From positions 1-64,000 of the forward strand of contig CAVQMO010000015.1 of the NCBI GenBank assembly GCA_963713605.1: DNA of 64,000 nucleotides, read 5' to 3'. The stretch is from an uncultured Nitrososphaerales archaeon (lineage in GTDB: Archaea; Thermoproteota; Nitrososphaeria; Nitrososphaerales; Nitrososphaeraceae). This document shows, in pieces, positions 56,119 to 64,000 of this stretch. The notes under the pieces are model-generated. The model was not told where the DNA came from and did not search any database. It worked only from the letters and a program-made list of their open reading frames with translations. Numbering within the stretch: the first letter of the stretch is position 1; each line of letters begins with the position of its first letter. Made by a program: the position numbers and the translations under genes.

Positions 56119-57522
56119 ATGGAGGTAATAAAAATACGCAGACATGTTGTTCGAATAATATCCTTTGAGGTGGTTGCTGTTGTAATCACTTGCTTAATTT
56201 TCCCGCTTTTAAAGTTCGAACCAAACATTGCATTGGCACAATCAGTTAATGACCCAAATTTGGGTGTTGAGTCATTTGTGGAAGGGTTGAGTTCACCCAC
56301 AAGCATGGCATTCTTGGATAACGAAAATACCCTAGTATTGGAAAAGGAAGGTCAGGTTCGACTAGTTTCAAATGGAGAACTTGTACCTGAACCAGTACTG
56401 CAAATACCCGTTGACGCAGATAACGAACGTGGGCTACTCGGAATAGCAGTTATGAATGGCAGCGGAACTGGTTCTGGTCTGGGTCAAAATTCAAGCGCCC
56501 AGACTGTTTTTCTGTACTACACTGAGTCAGGAGAAGGAGGTGAGTTAAGAAATAGAGTTTACAAATACAGTTGGAGTGGTCAGACGCTTGATAATCCTAC
56601 CCTATTAGTAGATCTTCCGGCAATACCTGGTCCTAACCATGATGGTGGTAAGCTCATGATAGGTCCTGACAACTACCTGTACGGAATTATAGGAGATTTA
56701 AATCATGATGGAAAACTTCAGAATTTTCCTAACGGGCCTGATCCGGATGACACTAGCATAATTTTCAGAGTAAATCCTAACGATGGAACACCTGCTCCAG
56801 ATAATCCTTTATCCACTGATCCAAATAATCCATTAAGTAAATACTATGCGTATGGAATAAGAAACAGTTTTGGACTCACATTTGATCCTGTTACAAAAAA
56901 TGTTTGGGATACTGAAAATGGCCCAGCATCAAATGATGAGATTAATCTGGTAAAGCCGGGATTTAATAGTGGATGGCAAACTATTATGGGCCCAATTTCT
57001 GCATCCGGAAGTACAGAAAATGAATTAGTCAGCTTTCCTGGATCTCATTATGCAGATCCACTTTTGACATGGTTGGACCCAGTTGCTCTAACTGATATAG
57101 AATTCTTAGAATCATCAAGCTTAGGGGAGAGCTATTCTAATAATATATTTGTGGGAGATAACAATAACGGAAATCTCTACTATTTGAGAATGAACCCCGA
57201 TAGAAGTGCCCTCGTTCTTGATAATCTACCTGATTTCGTAGTAGACAATGAGGAGGAGCAATCTTCCATAATCTTTGGCAATGGATTTGGACCTATTACT
57301 GATTTAGAAACTGGACCAGATGGATATCTCTATGTATTGTCACATGATGCTGGGATTATTTATAGAATAGTTCCTTCATCAGTACTATCTTCATCATCGG
57401 GAGCAGGAGCTGCAGAAACAGCAGTACCTGCGTCTCCAATTGATGAACAAGAACAGGAAGAACAAGATGAAGAAGAATCAGCAAGTGACGGCGATGAAAA
57501 TGGTGATGATGAAAATAATTAG
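56119..57522 (+). CDS. secreted PQQ-dependent glucose/sorbosone dehydrogenase (GSDH) family protein
   Basis: ERGLLGIA, HDGG, YGIRNSFG, ENGP..DEIN, GPDG. Confidence 0.92.
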   Translation: MEVIKIRRHVVRIISFEVVAVVITCLIFPLLKFEPNIALAQSVNDPNLGVESFVEGLSSPTSMAFLDNENTLVLEKEGQVRLVSNGELVPEPVLQIPVDADNERGLLGIAVMNGSGTGSGLGQNSSAQTVFLYYTESGEGGELRNRVYKYSWSGQTLDNPTLLVDLPAIPGPNHDGGKLMIGPDNYLYGIIGDLNHDGKLQNFPNGPDPDDTSIIFRVNPNDGTPAPDNPLSTDPNNPLSKYYAYGIRNSFGLTFDPVTKNVWDTENGPASNDEINLVKPGFNSGWQTIMGPISASGSTENELVSFPGSHYADPLLTWLDPVALTDIEFLESSSLGESYSNNIFVGDNNNGNLYYLRMNPDRSALVLDNLPDFVVDNEEEQSSIIFGNGFGPITDLETGPDGYLYVLSHDAGIIYRIVPSSVLSSSSGAGAAETAVPASPIDEQEQEEQDEEESASDGDENGDDENN

Positions 57523-58329
57523 AACGATGAGGTTAAGGTAAAGTACATGTAGGGCAATAGCGATAAGCATCCATTATTTAAAAAAATCATCAATATGAGG
57601 AATTTATGAGTGCTCAAAGTGATTCAGAAGCATTATCAATATGTGTAGTTATTATTCAATCAGAAATAAACGTAAGACAGAAGACCGATTAGCATTCGAA
57701 GGCGTGGTTCTCCTGCAAGACTACTTTGATAGGCTATATTGTAGTCCTGTGGTTTGCCCATACTATCTTATGCCTATACTTCCATCCTTGTTAAAGGGAC
57801 GGCCACCTACTACATATGACAGCATACATCATTTCTGAAGCACGCACAAGCCTTAGCTTCCACGATCCTCCAGAACGATGTCGACCTACTTTTTCGGCTA
57901 ACCGATCTTCTCTTATTAATACACATTACAAGTAAATAAACCTAATTGTCGAATAAATATACAAATATTCAAGTTAGTGTCACAATATATAATAAACAGG
58001 TTAAATCCATGAAAATTATTCAACCATTCAAATTGAGTAATTCTTAATGTTTTAGATAGATAGATAAATGGTTTGAAACTCAATTTTCTAACGTAGTCAT
58101 TTTATCTATGCAAACAAACCTCAGTAGCTATCAAACAAGTGCTTTTTGCTTATCAGAAACATTACAAATATCTAATAAAGTAAATCACTTGGAGCATTCT
58201 ATTATAGTGTGTGTTTATATCTCCGCAATTGATTAAAAATAAGACGTTCTTCTGCTAATTATTTGCATTTATTGTAATACTTTAAAGCTATTTAACAAAA
58301 TATATTATAAAGGGTGACATCACAAAAAA

Positions 58330-58376
58330 TTGTATTTGTATTTGTATTTGTATTTGTATTTGTATTTGTATTTGTA
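58330..58376. repeat. (TTGTAT)n hexamer microsatellite
   Basis: About 7.8 perfect units. Confidence 0.95.
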
Positions 58377-58997
58377 ATAAGCAGTTAGAATCAGTTCAAT
58401 GTTTGATACCAGGTTATTTTTATCTAGAACAGAAACTATCTAATTCATGGTTTCTATTAGAGCGAATAGAATAGAAGTTTATTTACAATTCTTATGTAAT
58501 TGTCAACTGTCAACTAACAATTGAGCATAAATTCTGGTCATTTTTTAAACTGCTAACAGGCTAAATACTAGAAGACTAATTTGAAAAACACAAAATGATC
58601 CATTTAAAGGAAACGCAATAACATACAGTTATTCAACGATCATTAGGTCAGAATCTATTCAAATCGTATCATTTCTAACGATCACTAACTGTCAGGTCAG
58701 TGTGCATGCAAAACTTTTTGAACATGAAATACGATTTCTAGAATTGCTTCTAAGAAATATATTTAAATCGAGCTCTAAATCTTAAAGGCCCCAAGAATAA
58801 TGAGAAGAGTTCAGAGGACAAGAATTATCTAAATGACATTAGACTGTGAAAAATATTATAAATACTATTTCCTTACATTTTTGCATTACAGTTTGGCTGT
58901 AAAATACATATAAAATATTATGTCACTTTTACATTCTTTAATAGAAGTAATGGTTATCCTTGTATTGAATATCAATTGCAATTCGAATTAGATAAAT

Positions 58998-59980
58998 ATG
59001 AAAGACAACATCAAACCCAATGAATTAACTTCATCATGTATTGCACTTGTTACTAAATACGTTGACAATGTCAAGTCAATGAATAGCGCTTCTGCTCGCC
59101 TCTATAGAAGTAGGTTGAATAATTTTTCAGATTTCGTTTACGCCACATATGGAAAGAGAGTAGACTGGGTCATAGACGAGATGCTGAATAGTGGCAAAAA
59201 CGAAAAAATGATCCCCAGTCCATATGATATGTTATCGGCATATACAGCTCGATTTAACAGGCAGAGTTGCCGCATATACCATCAAACAGAATATAATTAC
59301 TGTGAAGAACTTCTTAGAATATTGTGATATTGAAATAAGTCCTAAAAAGTTTAAGCTTAAGGTTAAACTTCCCAAATCCGTTAAAAAGGATAAACAGCCA
59401 TTGAGCAAGGAGGATATCGTGGATATCCTTAATGCTTGTTCCAATATACGATTGAAAACTTACGTAATGCTACTTGCTGCCTACTGGAATGAGAGCCAGT
59501 GAAGCGCTATCGGTTAGACTGTGCGATTTTGATGATGATTCAAATCCTCCAAGACTGTTTATAAGGGGTGAGTATACAAAGACTAGAACAGACCGTTTTG
59601 TATTTCTTACCAACGAGATGTCTAGGCAACTCAATAGCTGGTTGGAATACAAGTATCGCACACGAAGAGTTTGTTTTTATGACGACTTCACTGGAAAATC
59701 TGTTTCGGAAAACAGAACCCCCTTAAAAACCGAAGGTGATTTGCTGTTCTCTATGGGTCGTTCTAGTAAAGGGTATCCTTCTGTTTCTATCATGTCGTTA
59801 TACCGAGGATTAATTTCTGCATTTGGTAAGACATTAGAACGCTTGGGGAGAGGACAAAAAGAAGAATCGCCTGGAGCACAACACAGAAAGATCACACTTC
59901 ATTCCCTTAGAAGATTCGTTAAAAGCACTATTTCCGATCTTGGATATTACGATTATAGTGACATCACTACTGGGATTTAG
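58998..59980 (+). pseudogene. tyrosine recombinase/integrase, two frameshifts and C-terminally truncated
   Basis: TGMRASEA, TKT and HSLRR present; final GH and catalytic Tyr region absent. Confidence 0.85.
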
Positions 59981-60081
59981 TCTATAGATACATGCCTGAC
60001 TACCGAGATAAGCTCGATTGGCTTAATACTAATGGAAGAATACTAGTTAATTACAATGACACATAGGATAATCATGATTCT

Positions 60082-60489
60082 ATGAAATGTCTATCTTTAA
60101 GGCAACCATATGCAGAGCTTCTAGTATCTGGAAAAAAGACCATAGAATTGAGAAAATGGAATACTAACTTCAGGGGGAAATTCTTAATTCATGCCTCAAA
60201 AAATGTAAATAAAGAAAGGTGCAAATCTCTAGGCATTGATCATACTAAACTAAACACAGGAGCAATAATAGGAAGAGCAGTTTTGTATGATGTTAAAAAG
60301 TATGATAACAAAGCCCAATTTATGAGAGATAGAAACAGACACTACACGGATGCGAGTATCTTCGATTCTCGTCTGTATGGTTTCATGATAAGAAATGGAC
60401 AACGACTTAGGCAACCAATTCAATATTCAGGTAAGCTGGGGTTCTTTGAAGTTAGTGATTCTGTCTTTAAATTTCACAACGAAAAATAG
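60082..60489 (+). CDS. ASCH domain protein
   Basis: LSLRQPYAELLVSGKKTIELR..LIHAS..G.LGFF. Confidence 0.92.
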   Translation: MKCLSLRQPYAELLVSGKKTIELRKWNTNFRGKFLIHASKNVNKERCKSLGIDHTKLNTGAIIGRAVLYDVKKYDNKAQFMRDRNRHYTDASIFDSRLYGFMIRNGQRLRQPIQYSGKLGFFEVSDSVFKFHNEK

Positions 60490-60589
60490 TAGAAGCATAG
60501 CCTACTTAAAATTTAACGCCGACTTAGCATCACTAGTATTAGGTACTTTATTGTACATTTTTGAGTGTGCTACACCTATTCTTATAATT

Positions 60590-60979
60590 TTATCTTGTTA
60601 GTTTCTTGACAGCTTGGAAAACGCCTGGTTCGTTATCGATTTTAGTAATACAGATTTTGATTTGATGTGGATATTTCCCGTGAACCCCCGTGTGCGCCAA
60701 ATTTCCTTCATATTCATTACATATCACATAACCATGAATGAATGCGCGTGGTGCAAAGGATCTTATTCCACCAGATCGTCGATCCCAGTGAAGCCCTTGA
60801 ATCTTCGAAAGAGGAATTTTTGCAGTTTGGCCTGCATTATTCCAAGCCCTTCGAATGACAACCACATAATCAGATTCATTTACACTTTCAATAGTCATTA
60901 GAGGTTGTATTATTAGGTCCCTTAAATAAATACTCCTATGTCTTCTAGAAGTAGAACTAAAATGAGATTGACTACTCAT
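60590..60979 (-). CDS. hypothetical protein
   Basis: Protein-like; HW..SGG..FIHGYV.C..H..HG..PH. Confidence 0.65.
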   Translation of the reverse strand: MSSQSHFSSTSRRHRSIYLRDLIIQPLMTIESVNESDYVVVIRRAWNNAGQTAKIPLSKIQGLHWDRRSGGIRSFAPRAFIHGYVICNEYEGNLAHTGVHGKYPHQIKICITKIDNEPGVFQAVKKLTR

Positions 60980-61550
60980 TACAGGGGAGCAGATTTTTCA
61001 TCAAGAAAAGTAATTTCTCATAACACTCCCAATTCAATACTTTGATAAACTTGGATTCTTTGAATATATCGATTTTACCTTCAAATGATGAAACAATGAA
61101 AAATAATTGATATATTTATCTTCTAGATGTTTCATTTTTTTTAAAAATGCTCAGACGGTAATACTTGCACAATAGAAGATAAAGAATCTATGAACAGCCT
61201 CAATTGTGCAAATATCAATCCTCAGACTCTAGGAGAGATGAACTCGGTGGATGTAAATAATCTTCAGACTTCCACAATGACCGAACAAAGCGGGGAATTG
61301 TGATATTTTCTGTATTCTTGCCTATTCTTCAACTCCAAAAGAATTTTAGAAGGGTAATAAATGAAATCTATAATCGTACAAAGAGATAATATATTCAATC
61401 TTTTTAGTGTATTTAATCATTAAAGCGTTAATTTTTACATAATAGTGATTAGTAATTATTTAATTAACATTGGATTATAGACTAAATAGGTTTTATTATT
61501 GTTGTGCTTCAAATTAAAGTATTATATTTGAGTATATTGCAAATGTTTCA

Positions 61551-61877
61551 ATGTCGTCAAAAAAGGAGTATATTAGTCCTATTACATTAGTTAACAAAAT
61601 GAGGAAACTTGATATCTTTAAGCAACCACAATACGAGGAGGAAAAGTACGATTTGAATAAATTAGAATTTACGGCCGAATTTTATAATGCAATGAATGAA
61701 ACCCTCAATAGGCTTGCGTTAGATCCAAATAATCAGCAGATAAAACTCTGGGAAGGGTTTGAATCAATATTAATGAATTTCATTGGACAAGATGTGATTC
61801 TCACCCCAAATGAACTTGAAGAAATGAAAATGATGACTATTAGCCGCCTTGTTCTGCGGAGCGAGCTACCGAATTAA
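61551..61877 (+). CDS. hypothetical protein
   Basis: 108-aa ORF after AT-rich promoter-like region. Confidence 0.6.
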   Translation: MSSKKEYISPITLVNKMRKLDIFKQPQYEEEKYDLNKLEFTAEFYNAMNETLNRLALDPNNQQIKLWEGFESILMNFIGQDVILTPNELEEMKMMTISRLVLRSELPN

Positions 61878-62039
61878 ACTATAATGATCTGAACTGAATA
61901 TATAATCCCGCACAGATCCGCCCAATTGATGTTGGCATGACCTTAGTGGTCAGGTAAATGTTGTCAGAGTGAAGTAAATTACAAGTACTTATGTAGTATT
62001 TACACGAAGCATTGATGGAGGAATTACATTTGATAACGA

Positions 62040-62535
62040 GATAATGACTTTAGGTGCTAATACACCTAGAGCTACCCCTGCCATAGGCAGCAAATAGAAA
62101 TAATATTTTTGTAACTTGGGTTGACGGAGTACTGACGGAGGAAATATTTTTGAAGAGGGTAAGGTAATAACTACAGGAAATGCTCCGAGTTCTCCAGAAA
62201 TACGTGCTATTCAAGATAATATCTATGTAACTTGGAATGGTAGGCCTCTAAATACACTTCTGAGAATCTTCTTTACAAGAAGTATTGATGGGGGAAATAC
62301 TTTTGAAGGTGTAAGGAACATAAGCGTTAACCTTGGCTCTTCATCAAATCCATCCCTAGCTCCTCGCTTCTTCCCCGACGCAAGCAAATGTGTATGTAAC
62401 ATAGTATGATAATACGTCAGGAAATTTCGATAATCTTTCAAGAAGAGCAATGATGCCGGAGTTATCTTCGATAATGCCGAGAACCTGAGTAATAACGAAG
62501 GATCTTCAAGTGCTCCTGCGGTGGCCGCAGGCTAG
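62040..62535 (+). pseudogene. BNR/Asp-box (sialidase-like) beta-propeller remnant
   Basis: NIYVTW, IFFTRSIDGGNTF, IIFQKSNDAGVIF..NLSNNEGSS. Confidence 0.7.
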
Positions 62536-62675
62536 TTTTTAGTGCTGGTCAAGGTATGGTACTGGTCTGAGATACCGATCAATCAAATGCTGGGCTTAGC
62601 TCAGGCTTGAAGTCTAATCATGACATTCATAGTTATTAGGTACTAAACGAGAATTAATTACGATAATAAATAGAT

Positions 62676-62939
62676 ATGGGAAGAACCATACCCTCATTTC
62701 GTATAGCTAGCAAAATAGAATATGTAGAATGGAAGAACTTCCGAAGAGCACTCCCGAAAACTGATAGAAAGATATTTGATGATATGTTTTCTTTATCTGT
62801 TTTATACAATTCTGCATGTGTATGCTGTGCCAATCCTGTACGAATACAACCTATAATTATGGCTATTTTATTTCATCATTACAAGGAACTAGGCAAACTC
62901 AAAGCAAATGAAGAGAACAAGTCTTTTCTTTCAAGCTAG
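62676..62939 (+). CDS. conserved archaeal small protein of the type encoded beside PolB2 (arCOG07300-like)
   Basis: MGRTIPSFRI..W..FRRAL...DRKIFD.MF; family assignment recalled, not searched. Confidence 0.65.
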   Translation: MGRTIPSFRIASKIEYVEWKNFRRALPKTDRKIFDDMFSLSVLYNSACVCCANPVRIQPIIMAILFHHYKELGKLKANEENKSFLSS

Positions 62940-63119
62940 AAGACTATTTATTTTGATGAAATAGAATATAGAGTCCTGGAGGTTTTCAAGAAACTGAGTA
63001 AACATTCATGGACTGGAGAGTTTCCAATTATCTACTAGGTCGTCTAAATTATCCTTGCTAGCATATGAGAATAATGAATACAGAGCCTTCTTCGGTATAG
63101 AAACCTTTTCGGAAGATGC

Positions 63120-63308
63120 TCAGGGTATAAAAAACTCTGTTTGCGAGTTGATGATAGAGTTAATGTATGCACTAACGCTCAATCCTCTGGCCTTTGCAAA
63201 ATTGTCAACTATCCTAAAATCATTCTCGTTAACCCTTAAAGTTATGACTCTATCTTTTTTCTTAGGCAAATAGGAGCAGCTTACATCGCTTGTATACATT
63301 GTATTCAT
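63120..63308 (-). CDS. ribbon-helix-helix protein (possibly truncated)
   Basis: RVITLRVNENDF..AKARGLSVSAYINSII. Confidence 0.65.
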   Translation of the reverse strand: MNTMYTSDVSCSYLPKKKDRVITLRVNENDFRIVDNFAKARGLSVSAYINSIINSQTEFFIP

Positions 63309-63420
63309 TCTTAAGTTTTAGTTTCATTCTATTTTATAAATATGAACACGAACGTAAGTCGAGTTACATAAAAGAAAAAAAGTGAGTCGGATGTTACTTG
63401 CTGTTGCCTGTGATTCCTTA

Positions 63421-64000
63421 TTACCTTCCTATACACAGACCACTTGGATTACTTGTCTGACAACTGTTGTCCACATATTGATTTGCGTTGATGTTTGTTG
63501 GTAGTCCGTTTGCATTGTTAAGGTCAATTACATTCTCAATTAAGTTATTTGCTGATATTGTATTCTGTTTGCTCTGTCCATCTAGAAATACTCCATTCTG
63601 ACTTCCAACTACATTGTTCATTCCTACACTGGACTGTTGTGTGTTGACAAATGTTATACCTGCTAGCAAGTTGCCATTCATAAGGTTTGAGTCTATAGCA
63701 CCACCTGTACTTGAGTGAGATGCTACACCTATACTATTACCCTGTATGATGTTTTGTTTTACTTGTGCATTTTCAGCTCCTGTCATAAATGTACCTATCT
63801 GGTTGTTAGATAGTATGACAGAATTAATCGTAAATCCATTTGCTCCAGTAAGAAGTACTCCTGCTTGGAAGTTGCTGAGTGAACCAGGTCCATTTACTAC
63901 TACATTATCAACATTGGTTACCATAATCCCAACTTTAGAGCTGTCCTGTCCAGGTCCTGTGATTGAGAATCCATTCATGTTAATTACTGTGTTTGGACCA
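63421..64000 (-). CDS. second, near-identical beta-helix protein (5' end outside window)
   Basis: Differs from 50401..51048 at only 3 visible residues. Confidence 0.9.
   Translation of the reverse strand, partial: GPNTVINMNGFSITGPGQDSSKVGIMVTNVDNVVVNGPGSLSNFQAGVLLTGANGFTINSVILSNNQIGTFMTGAENAQVKQNIIQGNSIGVASHSSTGGAIDSNLMNGNLLAGITFVNTQQSSVGMNNVVGSQNGVFLDGQSKQNTISANNLIENVIDLNNANGLPTNINANQYVDNSCQTSNPSGLCIGR

Noticed and set aside
62592..62610. gggcttagctcagg resembling a tRNA 5' end or att site (similar ggctcagctcagg near 23995)
   Set aside because: No T-arm (GTTCRA) or acceptor stem follows

Overview
AT-rich archaeal chromosomal segment. Gene content and style point to a soil-type ammonia-oxidising archaeon of the Nitrososphaeraceae (inference): F420-linked enzymes, small winged-HTH regulators, thaumarchaeal-type histidine kinases and many short secreted proteins. 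It is an accessory, decaying region in which I found no rRNA, tRNA or CRISPR. It carries general enzymes (glycosyltransferase, MBL-fold, SDR, M28 peptidase, nitroreductase, arginase, GSDH, AlkA, RidA), a truncated tyrosine integrase, many gene remnants, and many single-base frameshifts that look partly like long-read errors. Best candidates for undescribed biology: (1) two paralogous 444-aa polytopic membrane proteins, one followed by an unannotated 59-aa signal-peptide ORF predicted to release the pentapeptide RMGRR (possible peptide/receptor system); (2) an intergenic stem-loop at ~2616-2687 whose loop is an exact 26-nt copy of a paralog-specific part of the neighbouring membrane-protein gene (possible guide/antisense RNA); (3) secreted silk-like poly-Ala/Ser proteins paired with a shared Ig-like domain (possible fibre system); (4) unannotated micro-proteins (His-rich, ultra-acidic, GGG-terminated); (5) two DUF72 paralog tails fused back-to-back at a perfect 20-bp palindrome.
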